Source: Eledone cirrhosa (taxonomy: Eukaryota). From it: a DNA stretch of 64,000 bases. Shown here piece by piece: positions 47,901-62,900 of the stretch. Where the stretch lies: positions 332,382,001 to 332,446,000 of the forward strand of contig OZ024743.1 in assembly GCA_964016885.1 (NCBI GenBank), in the 5' to 3' direction. The position numbers were made by a program, and so were the translations under genes. The notes below the pieces were generated by a model. The model was not told the DNA's origin. It ran no database searches and was given only the letters and a program-made list of their open reading frames with translations. How positions within the stretch are numbered: the first letter of the stretch is position 1; each line of letters begins with the position of its first letter.

Positions 47901-50900
47901 CAGATGTGGGAGCAGTACTGTAATGTGGTCTAACATATCTGTGTCGTGTGTAACAGCAACACTGTCCCAGATGTGGGAGCAGTACTGTAATGTGGTCTAA
48001 CATATCTGTGTTGTGTCTAACAGCAACACTGTCCCAGATGTGGGAGCAGTACTGTAATATGGTCTAACATATCTGTGTTGTGTCTAACAGCAACGCTGTC
48101 CCAGATGTGGGAGCAGTACTGTAATGTGGTCTAACATAACAGTGTTGTGTCTAACAGCAACACTGTCCCAGATGTGGGAGAAGTACTGTAATGTGGGTCT
48201 AACATAACAGTGTCGTGTGTAACAGCAACACTGCCCCAGATGTGGGAGCAGTACTGTAATGTGGTCTAACATTTCTGTGTTGTGTCTAACAGCAACACTG
48301 TCCCAGATGTGGGAGCAGTACTGTAATGTGGTCTAACATAGCAGTGTCGTGTGTAACAGCAACACTGTCCCAGATGTGGGAGCAGTACTGTAATGTGGTC
48401 TAACATAACAGTGTTGTGTCTAACAGCAACACTGTCCCAGATGTGGGAGCAGTACTGTAATGTGGTCTAACATAACAGTGTCGTGTGTAACAGCAACACT
48501 GCCCCAGATGTGGGAGCAGTACTGTAATGTGGTCTAACATATCTGTGTTGTGTCTAACAGCAGCACTGTCCCAGATGTGGGAGCAGTACTGTAATGTTGT
48601 CTAACATATCTGTGTTGTGTCTAACAGCAACGCTGTCCCAGATGTGGGAGCAGTACTGTAATGTGGTCTAACATAACAGTGTCTTGTGTAACAGCAACAC
48701 TGTCCCAGATGTGGGAGCAGTACTGTAATGTGGTCTAACATAACTGTGTTGTGTCTAACCACAACACTGTCCCAGATGTGGGAGCAGTACTGTAATGTGG
48801 TCTAACATATCTGTGTCGTGTGTAACAGCAACACTGTCCCAGATGTGGGAGCAGTACTGTAATGTGGTCTAACATATCTGTGTTGTGTCTAACAGCAGCA
48901 CTGTCCCAGATGTGGGAGCAGTACTGGAATGTGGTCTAACATATCTGTGTTGTGTCTAACAGCAACGCTGTCCCAGATGTGGGAGCAGTACTGTAATGTG
49001 GTCTAACATAACAGTGTCTTGTGTAACAGCAACACTGTCTCAGATGTGGGAGCAGTACTGTAATGTGGTCTAACATATCTGTGTCGTGTGTAACAGCAAT
49101 ACTGCCCCAGATGTGGGAGCAGTACTGTAATGTGGTCTAACATATCTGTGTTGTGTCTAACAGCAGCACTGTCCCAGATGTGGGAGCAGTACTGTAATGT
49201 GGTCTAACATATCTGTGTTGTGTCTAACAGCAACGCTGTCCCAGATGTGGGAGCAGTACTGTAATGTGGTGTAACATAACAGTGTCTTGTGTAACAGCAA
49301 CACTGTCTCAGATGTGGGAGCAGTACTGTAATGTGGTCTAACATAACAGTGTTGTGTCTAACAGCAACACTGTCCCAGATGTGGGAGCAGTACTGTAATG
49401 TGGTCTAACATAACAGTGTCGTGTGTAACAGCAACACTGTCCCAGATGTGGGAGCAGTACTGTAATGTGGTGTAACATAACTGTGTTGTGTCTAATAACA
49501 ACACTGTCCCAGATGTGGGAGCAGTACTGTAATTTGGTCTAACATATCTGTGTTGTGAATAACAGCAACGCTGTCCCAGATGTGGGAGCAGTACTGTAAT
49601 GTGGTCTAACATAACAGTGTTGTGTCTAACAGCAACACTGTCCCAGATGTGTGAGCAGTACTGTAATGTGGTCTAACATAACAGTGTTGTGTCTAACAGC
49701 AACACTGTCCCAGATGTGGGAGCAGTACTGTAATGTGGTCTAACATAACAGTGTCGTGTCTGACAGCAACACTGTCCCAGATGTGGGAGCAGTACTGTAA
49801 TGTGGTCTAACATATCTGTGTTGTGTCTAACAGCAGCACTGTCCCAGATGTGGGAGCAGTACTGTAATGTGGTCTAACATATCTGTGTTGTGTGTAACAG
49901 CAACACTGTCCCAGATGTGGGAGCAGTACTGTAATGTGGTCTAACATATCTGTGTCGTGTGTAACAGCAACACTGTCCCAGATTTGGGAGCAGTACTGTA
50001 ATGTGGTCTAACATATCTGTGTTGTGTCTAACAGCAGCACTGTCCCAGATGTGGGAGCAGTACTGTAATGTGGTCTAACATATCTGTGTTGTGTCTAACA
50101 GCAACACTGTCCCAGATGTGGGAGCAGTACTGTAATGTGGTCTAAAATAACAGTGTCGTGTGTAACAGCAACACTGTCCCAGATGTGGGAGCAGTACTGT
50201 AATGTGGTCTAACATAACAGTGTTGTGTCTAACAGCAACACTGTCCCAGATGTGGGAGCAGTACTGTAATGTGGTCTAACATAACAGTGTCGTGTGTAAC
50301 AGCAACACTGCCCCAGATGTGGGAGCAGTACTGTAATGTGGTCTAACATATCTGTGTTGTGTCTAACAGCAACACTGTCCCATATGTGGGCGGAGTACTG
50401 TAATGTGGTCTAACATAACAGTGTCGTGTGTAACAGCAACACTGTCCCAGATGTGGGAGCAGTACTGTAATGTGGTCTAACATAACAGTGTTGTGTCTAA
50501 CAGCAACACTGTCCCAGATGTGGGAGCAGTACTGTAATGTGGTCTAACATAACAGTGTCGTGTGTAACAGCAACACTGCCCCAGATGTGGGAGCAGTACT
50601 GTAATGTGGTCTAACATATCTGTGTTGTGTCTAACAGCAGCACTGTCCCAGATGTGGGAGCATAACTGTAATGTGGTCTAACGTAACAGTGTCTTGTGTA
50701 ACAGCAACACTGTCCCAGATGTGGGAGCAGTACTGTAATGTGGTCTAACATAACTGTGTTGTGTCTAATAACAACACTGTCCCAGATGTGGGAGCAGTAC
50801 AGTAATGTGGTCTAACATAACAGTGTCGTGTGTACTATATAAACTGTCCCAGATGTGGGAGCAGTACTGTAATGTGGTCTAACATAACAGTATCGTGTGT

Positions 50901-53900
50901 AACAGCAACACTGTCCCAGATGTGGGAGCAGTACTGTAATGTGGTCTAACATAACAGTGTCTTGTGTAACAGCAACACTGTCCCACATGTGGGAGCAGTA
51001 CTGTAATGTGGTCTAACATAACAGTGTCGTGTGTAACAGCAACACTGTCCCAGATGTGGGAGCAGTACTGTAATGTGGTCTAACATATCTGTGTTGTGTC
51101 TAACAGCAACACTGTCCCAGATGTGGGAGCAGTACTGTAATGTGGTCTAACATAACTGTGTTGTGTCTAATAACAACACTGTCCCAGATGTGGGAGCAGT
51201 ACTGTAATGTGGTCTAACATAACAGTGTCGTGTGTAACAGCAACACTGTCCCAGATGTGGGAGCAGTACTGTAATGTGGTCTAACATAACAGTGTCTTGT
51301 GTACTATCAACACTGTCCCAGATGTGGGAGCAGTACTGTAATGTGGTCTAACATAACAGTATCGTGTGTAACAGCAACACTGTCCCAGATGTGGGAGCAG
51401 TACTGTAATGTGGTCTAACATAACAGTGTCTTGTGTAACAGCAACACTGTCCCAGATGTGGGAGCAGTACTGTAATGTGGTCTAACATAACAGTGTCGTG
51501 TGTAACAGCAACACTGTCCCAGATGTGGGAGCAGTACTGTAATGCGGTCTAACATATCTGTGTTGTGTCTAACAGCAACACTGTCCCAGATGTGGGAGCA
51601 GTACTGTAATGTGGTCTAACATATCTGTGTCGTGTGTAACAGCAACACTGTCCCAGATGTGGGAGCAGTACTGTAATGTGGTCTAACATATCTGTGTTGT
51701 GTCTAACAGCAGCACTGTCCCAGATGTGGGAGCAGTACTGTAATGTGGTCTAACATATCTGTGTTGTGTCTAACAGCAACGCTGTCCCAGATGTGGGAGC
51801 AGTACTGTAATGTGGTCTAACGTAACAGTGTTGTGTCTAACAGCAACACTGTCCCAGATGTGCGAGCAGTACTGTAATGTGGTCTAACATATCTGTGTCG
51901 TGTGTAACAGCAACACTGTCCCAGATGTGGGAGCAGTACTGTAATGTGGTCTAACATATCTGTGTTGTGTCTAACAGCAGCAATGTCCCAGATGTGGGAG
52001 CAGTACTGTAATGTGGTCTAACGTATCTGTGTTGTGTCTAACAGCAACGCTGTCCCAGATGTGGGAGCAGTACTGTAATGTGGTCTAACATAACAGTGTC
52101 TTGTTTAACAGCAACACTGTCTCAGATGTGGGAGAAGTACTGTAATGTGGTCTAACATAACAGTGTTGTGTCTAACAGCAACACTGTCCCAGATGTGGGA
52201 GCAGTACTGTAATGTGGTCTAACATATCTGTGTTGTGTCTAACAGCAACGCTGTCCCAGATGTGGGAGCAGTACTGTAATGTGGTCTAACATAACAGTGT
52301 TGTGTCTAACAGCAACAATGTCTCAGATGTGGGAGCAGTACTGTAATGTGGTCTAACATAACAGTGTTGTGTCTAACAGCAACACTGTCCCAGATGTGGT
52401 TGCAGTAGTGTAATGTGGTCTAACATAACAGTGTCGTGTCTGACAGCAACACTGTCCCAGATGTGGGAGCAGTACTGTAATGTGGTCTAACATAACAGTG
52501 TCGTGTGTAACAGCAACACTGTCCCAGATGTGGGAGCAGTACTGTAATGTGGTCTAACATATCTGTGTTGTGTCTAACAGCAGCACTGTCCCAGATGTGG
52601 GAGCAGTACTGTAATGTGGTCTAACATATCTGTGTCGTGTGTAACAGCAACACTGTCCCAGATGTGGGAGCAGTACTGTAATGTGGTCTAACATATATGT
52701 GTCGTGTGTAACAGCAGCACTGTCCCAGATGTGGGAGCAGTACTGTAATGTGGTCTAACATATCTGTGTTGTGTCTAACAGCAACGCTGTCCCAGATGTG
52801 GGAGCAGCACTGTAATGTGGTCTAACATAACAGTGTCGTGTCTGACAGCAACACTGTCCCAGATGTGGGAGCAGTACTGTAATGTGGTCTAACATAACAG
52901 TGTCGTGTGTAACAGCAACACTGTCCCAGATGTGGGAGCAGGACTGTAATGTGGTCTAACATATCTGTGTTGTGTCTAACAGCAGCACTGTCCCAGATGT
53001 GGGAGCAGTACTGTAATGTGGTCTAACATAACAGTGTTGTGTCTAACAGCAACACTGTCCCAGATGTGGGAGCAGTACTGTAATGTGGTCTAACATAACA
53101 GTGTCGTGTGTAACAGCAACACTGCCCCAGATGTGGGAGCAGTACTGTAATGTGGTCTAACATATCTGTGTTGTGTCTAACAGCAGCACTGTCCCAGATG
53201 TGGGAGCAGTACTGTAATGTTGTCTAACATATCTGTGTTGTGTCTAACAGCAACGCTGTCCCAGATGTGGGAGCAGTACTGTAATGTGGTCTAACATAAC
53301 AGTGTCGTGTGTAACAGCAACACTGTCCCAGATGTGGGAGCAGTACTGTAATGTGGACTAACGTAACAGTGTCTTGTGTAACAGCAACACTGTCCCAGAT
53401 GTGGGAGCAGTACTGTAATGTGGTCTAACATAACTGTGTTGTGTCTAATAACAACACTGTCCCAGATGTGGGAGCAGTACAGTAATGTGGTCTAACATAA
53501 CAGTGTCTTGTGTAACAGCAACACTGTCCCAGATGTGGGAGCAGTACTGTAATGTGGTCTAACATAACAGTGTCGTGTGTAACAGCAACACTGTCCCAGA
53601 TGTGCGAGCAGTACTGTAATGTGGTCTAACATATCTGTGTCGTGTGTAACAGCAACACTGTCCCAGATGTGGGAGCAGTACTGTAATGTGGTCTAACATA
53701 TCTGTGTTGTGTCTAACAGCAGCACTGTCCCAGATGTGGGAGCAGTACTGTAATGTGGTCTAACATATCTGTGTTGTGTCTAACAGCAACGCTGTCCCAG
53801 ATGTGGGAGCAGTACTGTAATGTGGTCTAACATAACAGTGTCGTGTGTAACAGCAACACTGTCCCAGATGTGGGAGCAGTACTGTAATGTGGACTAACGT

Positions 53901-56900
53901 AACAGTGTCTTGTGTAACAGCAACACTGTCCCAGATGTGGGAGCAGTACTGTAATGTGGTCTAACATAACTGTGTTGTGTCTAATAACAACACTGTCCCA
54001 GATGTGGGAGCAGTACAGTAATGTGGTCTAACATAACAGTGTCTTGTGTAACAGCAACACTGTCCCAGATGTGGGAGCAGTACTGTAATGTGGTCTAACA
54101 TATCTGTGTTGTGTCTAACAGCAACGCTGTCCCAGATGTGGGAGCAGTACTGTAATGTGGTCTAACATAACAGTGTCTTGTGTAACAGCAACACTGTCTC
54201 AGATGTGGGAGCAGTACTGTAATGTGGTGTAACATAACTGTGTTGTGTCTAATAACAACACTGTCCCAGATGTGGGAGCAGTACTGTAATGTGGTCTAAC
54301 ATATCTGTGTTGTGTCTAACAGCAACGCTGTCCCAGATGTGGGAGCAGTACTGTAATGTGGTCTAACATAACAGTGTTGTGTCTAACAGCAACACTGTCC
54401 CAGATGTGGGAGCAGTACTGTAATGTGGTCTAACATAACAGTGTTGTGTCTAACAGCAACACTGTCCCAGATGTGGGAGCAGTACTGTAATGTGGTCTAA
54501 CATAACAGTGTCGTGTCTGACAGCAACACTGTCCCAGATGTGGGAGCAGTACTGTAATGTGGTCTAACATAACAGTGTCGTGTGTAACAGCAACACTGTC
54601 CCAGATGTGGGAGCAGTACTGTAATGTGGTCTAACATATCTGTGTTGTGTCTAACAGCAGCACTGTCCCAGATGTGGGAGCAGTACTGTAATGTGGTCTA
54701 ACATATCTGTGTTTCGTGTAACAGCAACACTGTCCCAGATGTGGGAGCAGTACTGTAATGTGGTCTAACATATCTGTGTCGTGTGTAACAGCAACACTGT
54801 CCCAGATGTGGGAGCAGTGCTGTAATGTGGTCTAACATATCTGTGTTGTGTCTAACAGCAGCACTGTCCCAGATGTGGGAGCAGTACTGTAATGTGGTCT
54901 AACATATCTGTGTTGTGTCTAACAGCAACGCTGTCCCAGATGTGGGAGCAGTACTGTAATGTGGTCTAACATAACAGTGTTGTGTCTAGCAGCAACACTG
55001 TTCCAGATGTGGGAGCAGTACTGTAATGTGGTCTAACATAACAGTGTCGTGTCTGACAGCAACACTGTCCCAGATGTGGGAGCAGTACTGTAATGTGGTC
55101 AAACATAACAGTGTCGTGTGTAACAGCAACACTGTCCCAGATGTGGGAGCAGTACTGTAATGTGGTCTAACATATCTGTGTTGTGTCTAACAGCAGCACT
55201 GTCCCAGATGTGGGAGCAGTACTGTAATGTGGTCTAACATATCTGTGTCGTGTGTAACAGCAACACTGTCCCAGATGTGGGAGCAGTACTGTAATGTGGT
55301 CTAACATATCTGTGTCGTGTGTAACAGCAACACTGTCCCAGATGTGGGAGCAGTACTGTAATGTGGTCTAACATATCTGTGTTGTGTCTAACAGCAGCAC
55401 TGTCCCAGATGTGGGAGCAGTACTGTAATGTGGTCTAACATATCTGTGTTGTGTCTAACAGCAACGCTGTCCCAGATGTGGGAGCAGTACTGTAATGTGG
55501 TCTAACATAACAGTGTCTTGTGTAACAGCAACACTGTCTCAGATGTGGGAGCAGTACTGTAATGTGGTCTAACATAACAGTGTTGTGTCTAACAGCAACA
55601 CTGTCCCAGATGTGGGAGCAGTACTGTAATGTGGTCTAACATAACAGTGTCGTGTGTAACAGCAACACTGTCCCAGATGTGGGAGCAGTACTGTAATGTG
55701 GTGTAACATAACTGTGTTGTGTCTAATAACAACACTGTCCCAGATGTGGGAGCAGTACTGTAATGTGGTCTAACATATCTGTGTTGTGTCTAACAGCAAC
55801 GCTGTCCCAGATGTGGGAGCAGTACTGTAATGTGGTCTAACATAACAGTGTTGTGTCTAACAGCAACACTGTCCCAGATGTGGGAGCAGTACTGTAATGT
55901 GGTCTAACATAACAGTGTTGTGTCTAACAGCAACACTGTCCCAGATGTGGGAGCAGTACTGTAATGTGGTCTAACATAACAGTGTCGTGTCTGACAGCAA
56001 CACTGTCCCACATGTGGGAGCAGTACTGTAATGTGGTCTAACATAACAGTGTCGTGTGTAACAGCAACACTGTCCCAGATGTGGGAGCAGTACTGTAATG
56101 TGGTCTAACATATCTGTGTTGTGTCTAACAGCAGCACTGTCCCAGATGTGGGAGCAGTACTGTAATGTGGTCTAACATATCTGTGTTGTGTGTAACAGCA
56201 ACACTGTCCCAGATGTGGGAGCAGTACTGTAATGTGGTCTAACATATCTGTGTCGTGTGTAACAGCAACACTGTCCCAGATGTGGGAGCAGTACTGTAAT
56301 GTGGTCTAACATATCTGTGTTGTGTCTAACAGCAACGCTGTCCCAGATGTGGGAGCAGTACTGTAATGTGGTCTAACGTAACAGTGTTGTGTCTAACAGC
56401 AACACTGTCCCAGATGTGCGAGCAGTACTGTAATGTGGTCTAACATATCTGTGTCGTGTGTAACAGCAACACTGTCCCAGATGTGGGAGCAGTACTGTAA
56501 TGTGGTCTAACATATCTGTGTTGTGTCTAACAGCAGCAATGTCCCAGATGTGGGAGCAGTACTGTAATGTGGTCTAACGTATCTGTGTTGTGTCTAACAG
56601 CAACGCTGTCCCAGATGTGGGAGCAGTACTGTAATGTGGTCTAACATAACAGTGTCTTGTGTAACAGCAACACTGTCTCAGATGAGGGAGAAGTACTGTA
56701 ATGTGGTCTAACATAACAGTGTTGTGTCTAACAGCAACACTGTCCCAGATGTGGGAGCAGTACTGTAATGTGGTCTAACATATCTGTGTTGTGTCTAACA
56801 GCAACGCTGTCCCAGATGTGGGAGCAGTACTGTAATGTGGTCTAACATAACAGTGTTGTGTCTAACAGCAACAATGTCTCAGATGTGGGAGCAGTACTGT

Positions 56901-59900
56901 AATGTGGTCTAACAAAACAGTGTTGTGTCTAACAGCAACACTGTCCCAGATGTGGTTGCAGTAGTGTAATGTGGTCTAACATAACAGTGTCGTGTCTGAC
57001 AGCAACACTGTCCCAGATGTGGGAGCAGTACTGTAATGTGGTCTAACATAACAGTGTCGTGTGTAACAGCAACACTGTCCCAGATGTGGGAGCAGTACTG
57101 TAATGTGGTCTAACATATCTGTGTTGTGTCTAACAGCAGCACTGTCCCAGATGTGGGAGCAGTACTGTAATGTGGTCTAACATATCTGTGTTGTGTCTAA
57201 CAGCAACGCTGTCCCAGATGTGGGAGCAGCACTGTAATGTGGTCTAACATAACAGTGTCGTGTCTGACAGCAACACTGTCCCAGATGTGGGAGCAGTACT
57301 GTAATGTGGTCTAACATAACAGTGTCGTGTGTAACAGCAACACTGTCCCAGATGTGGGAGCAGGACTGTAATGTGGTCTAACATATCTGTGTTGTGTCTA
57401 ACAGCAGCACTGTCCCAGATGTGGGAGCAGTACTGTAATGTGGTCTAACATAACAGTGTTGTGTCTAACAGCAACACTGTCCCAGATGTGGGAGCAGTAC
57501 TGTAATGTGGTCTAACATAACAGTGTCGTGTGTAACAGCAACACTGCCCCAGATGTGGGAGCAGTACTGTAATGTGGTCTAACATATCTGTGTTGTGTCT
57601 AACAGCAGCACTGTCCCAGATGTGGGAGCAGTACTGTAATGTTGTCTAACATATCTGTGTTGTGTCTAACAGCAACGCTGTCCCAGATGTGGGAGCAGTA
57701 CTGTAATGTGGTCTAACATAACAGTGTCGTGTGTAACAGCAACACTGTCCCAGATGTGGGAGCAGTACTGTAATGTGGACTAACGTAACAGTGTCTTGTG
57801 TAACAGCAACACTGTCCCAGATGTGGGAGCAGTACTGTAATGTGGTCTAACATAACTGTGTTGTGTCTAATAACAACACTGTCCCAGATGTGGGAGCAGT
57901 ACAGTAATGTGGTCTAACATAACAGTGTCTTGTGTAACAGCAACACTGTCCCAGATGTGGGAGCAGTACTGTAATGTGGTCTAACATAACAGTGTCGTGT
58001 GTAACAGCAACACTGTCCCAGATGTGCGAGCAGTACTGTAATGTGGTCTAACATATCTGTGTCGTGTGTAACAGCAACACTGTCCCAGATGTGGGAGCAG
58101 TACTGTAATGTGGTCTAACATATCTGTGTTGTGTCTAACAGCAGCACTGTCCCAGATGTGGGAGCAGTACTGTAATGTGGTCTAACATATCTGTGTTGTG
58201 TCTAACAGCAACGCTGTCCCAGATGTGGGAGCAGTACTGTAATGTGGTCTAACATAACAGTGTCGTGTGTAACAGCAACACTGTCCCAGATGTGGGAGCA
58301 GTACTGTAATGTGGACTAACGTAACAGTGTCTTGTGTAACAGCAACACTGTCCCAGATGTGGGAGCAGTACTGTAATGTGGTCTAACATAACTGTGTTGT
58401 GTCTAATAACAACACTGTCCCAGATGTGGGAGCAGTACAGTAATGTGGTCTAACATAACATTGTCTTGTGTAACAGCAACACTGTCCCAGATGTGGGAGC
58501 AGTACTGTAATGTGGTCTAACATATCTGTGTTGTGTCTAACAGCAACGCTGTCCCAGATGTGGGAGCAGTACTGTAATGTGGTCTAACATAACAGTGTCT
58601 TGTGTAACAGCAACACTGTCTCAGATGTGGGAGCAGTACTGTAATGTGGTGTAACATAACTGTGTTGTGTCTAATAACAACACTGTCCCAGATGTGGGAG
58701 CAGTACTGTAATGTGGTCTAACATATCTGTGTTGTGTCTAACAGCAACGCTGTCCCAGATGTGGGAGCAGTACTGTAATGTGGTCTAACATAACAGTGTT
58801 GTGTCTAACAGCAACACTGTCCCAGATGTGGGAGCAGTACTGTAATGTGGTCTAACATAACAGTGTTGTGTCTAACAGCAACACTGTCCCAGATGTGGGA
58901 GCAGTACTGTAATGTGGTCTAACATAACAGTGTCGTGTCTGACAGCAACACTGTCCCAGATGTGGGAGCAGTACTGTAATGTGGTCTAACATAACAGTGT
59001 CGTGTGTAACAGCAACACTGTCCCAGATGTGGGAGCAGTACTGTAATGTGGTCTAACATATCTGTGTTGTGTCTAACAGCAGCACTGTCCCAGATGTGGG
59101 AGCAGTACTGTAATGTGGTCTAACATATCTGTGTTGTGTGTAACAGCAACACTGTCCCAGATGTGGGAGCAGTACTGTAATGTGGTCTAACATATCTGTG
59201 TCGTGTGTAACAGCAACACTGTCCCAGATGTGGGAGCAGTACTGTAATGTGGTCTAACATATCTGTGTTGTGTCTAACAGCAGCACTGTCCCAGATGTGG
59301 GAGCAGTACTGTAATGTGGTCTAACATATCTGTGTTGTGTCTAACAGCAACGCTGTCCCAGATGTGGGAGCAGTACTGTAATGTGGTCTAACATAACAGT
59401 GTTGTGTCTAGCAGCAACACTGTTCCAGATGTGGGAGCAGTACTGTAATGTGGTCTAACATAACAGTGTCGTGTCTGACAGCAACACTGTCCCAGATGTG
59501 GGAGCAGTACTGTAATGTGGTCAAACATAACAGTGTCGTGTGTAACAGCAACACTGTCCCAGATGTGGGAGCAGTACTGTAATGTGGTCTAACATATCTG
59601 TGTTGTGTCTAACAGCAGCACTGTCCCAGATGTGGGAGCAGTACTGTAATGTGGTCTAACATATCTGTGTCGTGTGTAACAGCAACACTGTCCCAGATGT
59701 GGGAGCAGTACTGTAATGTGGTCTAACATATCTGTGTCGTGTGTAACAGCAACACTGTCCCAGATGTGGGAGCAGTACTGTAATGTGGTCTAACATATCT
59801 GTGTTGTGTCTAACAGCAGCACTGTCCCAGATGTGGGAGCAGTACTGTAATGTGGTCTAACATATCTGTGTTGTGTCTAACAGCAACGCTGTCCCAGATG

Positions 59901-62900
59901 TGGGAGCAGTACTGTAATGTGGTCTAACATAACAGTGTCTTGTGTAACAGCAACACTGTCTCAGATGTGGGAGCAGTACTGTAATGTGGTCTAACATAAC
60001 AGTGTTGTGTCTAACAGCAACACTGTCCCAGATGTGGGAGCAGTACTGTAATGTGGTCTAACATAACAGTGTCGTGTGTAACAGCAACACTGTCCCAGAT
60101 GTGGGAGCAGTACTGTAATGTGGTGTAACATAACTGTGTTGTGTCTAATAACAACACTGTCCCAGATGTGGGAGCAGTACTGTAATGTGGTCTAACATAT
60201 CTGTGTTGTGTCTAACAGCAACGCTGTCCCAGATGTGGGAGCAGTACTGTAATGTGGTCTAACATAACAGTGTCGTGTCTGACAGCAACACTGTCCCACA
60301 TGTGGGAGCAGTACTGTAATGTGGTCTAACATAACAGTGTCGTGTGTAACAGCAACACTGTCCCAGATGTGGGAGCAGTACTGTAATGTGGTCTAACATA
60401 TCTGTGTTGTGTCTAACAGCAGCACTGTCCCAGATGTGGGAGCAGTACTGTAATGTGGTCTAACATATCTGTGTTGTGTGTAACAGCAACACTGTCCCAG
60501 ATGTGGGAGCAGTACTGTAATGTGGTCTAACATATCTGTGTCGTGTGTAACAGCAACACTGTCCCAGATGTGGGAGCAGTACTGTAATGTGGTCTAACAT
60601 ATCTGTGTTGTGTCTAACAGCAGCACTGTCCCAGATGTGGGAGCAGTACTGTAATGTGGTCTAACATATCTGTGTTGTGTCTAACAGCAACGCTGTCCCA
60701 GATGTGGGAGCAGTACTGTAATGTGGTCTAACATAACAGTGTTGTGTCTAGCAGCAACACTGTTCCAGATGTGGGAGCAGTACTGTAATGTGGTCTAACA
60801 TAACAGTGTCGTGTCTGACAGCAACACTGTCCCAGATGTGGGAGCAGTACTGTAATGTGGTCTAACATAACAGTGTCGTGTGTAACAGCAACACTGTCCC
60901 AGATGTGGGAGCAGTACTGTAATGTGGTCTAACATATCTGTGTTGTGTCTAACAGCAACGCTGTCCCAGATGTGGGAGCAGTACTGTAATGTGGTCTAAC
61001 ATAACAGTGTTGTGTCTAACAGCAACACTGTCCCAGATGTGGGAGCAGTACTGTAATGTGGTCTAACATAACAGTGTTGGGTCTAACAGCAACACTGTCC
61101 CAGATGTGAGAGCAGTACTGTAATGTGGTCTAACATATCTGTGTTGTCTCTAACAGCAATACTGTCCCAGATGTGGGAGCAGTACTGTAATGTGGTCTAA
61201 CATAACAGTGTCGTGTGTAACAGCAACACTGTCCCAGATGTGGGAGCAGTACTGTAATGTGGTCTAACATAACAGTGTTGTGTCTAACAGCAACACTGTC
61301 CCAGATGTGGGAGCAGTACTGTAATGTGGTCTAACATAACAGTGTTGTGTCTAACAGCAACACTGTCCCAGATGTGGGAGCAGTACTGTAATGTGGTCTA
61401 ACATATCTGTGTTGTGTCTAACAGTAGCACTGTCCCAGATGTGGGAGCAGTACTGTAATGTGGTCTAACATAACACATGTCGTGTGTAACAGCAACACTG
61501 TCCCAGATGTGGGAGCAGTACTGTAATGTGGTCTAACATAACAGTGTTGTGTCTAACAGCAACACTGTCCCAGATGTAGGAGCAGTACTGTAATGTGGTC
61601 TAACATATCTGTGTTGTGTCTAACAGCAACGCTGTCCCAGATCTGGGAGCAGTACTGTAATGTGGTCTAACATAACAGGGTCGTGTGTAACAGCAACACT
61701 GTCCCAGATGTGGGAGCAGTACTGTAATGTGGTCTAACATAACAGTGTCGTGTGTAACAGCAACACTGTCCCAGATGTGGGAGCAGTACTGTAATGTGGT
61801 CTAACATATCTGTGTTGTGTCTAACAGCAGCACTGTCCCAGATGTGGGAGCAGTAATGTAATGTGGTCTAACATAACAGTGTCGTGTGTAACAGCAACAC
61901 TGTCCCAGATGTGGGAGCAGTGCTGTAATGTGGTCTAACATATCTGTGTTGTGTCTAACAGCAACGCTGTGCTAGATGTGGGAGCAGTACTGTAATGTGG
62001 TCTAACATAACAGTGTTGTGTCTAACAGCAACACTGTCCCAGATGTGGGAGCAGTACTGTAATGTGGTCTAACATAACAGTGTTGTGTCTAACAGCCACA
62101 CTGTCCCAGATGTGGGAGCAGTACTGTAATGTGGTCTAACATAACAGTGTCCTGTGTAACAGCAACACTGTCCCTGATGTGGGAGCAGTACTGTAATGTG
62201 GTCTAACATATCTGTGTTGTGTCTAACAGCAGCACTGTCCCAGATGTGGGAGCAGTACTGTAATGTGGTCTAACATATCTGTGTTGTGTCTAACAGCAAC
62301 ACTGTCCCAGATGTGGGAGCAGTACTGTAATGTGGTCTAACATATCTGTGTTGTGTCTAACAGCAACGCTGTCCTAGATGTGGGAGCAGTACTGTAATGT
62401 GGTCTAACATAACAGTGTTGTGTCTAACAGCAACACTGTCCCAGATGTGGGAGCAGTACTGTAATGTGGTCTAACATAACAGTGTTGTGTCTAACAGCAA
62501 CACTGTCCCAGATGTGGGAGCAGTACTGTAATGTGGTCTAACATATCTATGTCTTGTGTAACAGCAACACTGTCCCAGATGTGGGAGCAGTACTGTAATG
62601 TGGTCTAACATATCTGTGTTGTGTCTAACAGCAACGCTGTCCCAGATGTGGGAGCAGTACTGTAATGTGGTCTAACATAACAGTGTCGTGTGTAACAGCA
62701 ACACTGTCCCAGATGTGGGAGCAGTACTGTAATGGGGTCTAACATAACAGTGTTGTGTCTAACAGCAACACTGTCCCAGATGTGGGAGCAGTACTGTAAT
62801 GTGGTCTAACATAACAGTGTCGTGTGTAACAGCAACCCTGTCCCAGATGTGGGAGCAGTACTGTAATGTGGTCTAACATATCTGTGTTGTGTCTAACAGC

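Noticed and set aside
45805-49612. Short ORFs within the satellite
   Set aside because: Produced by point variants removing stops in a 67-bp (non-triplet) repeat
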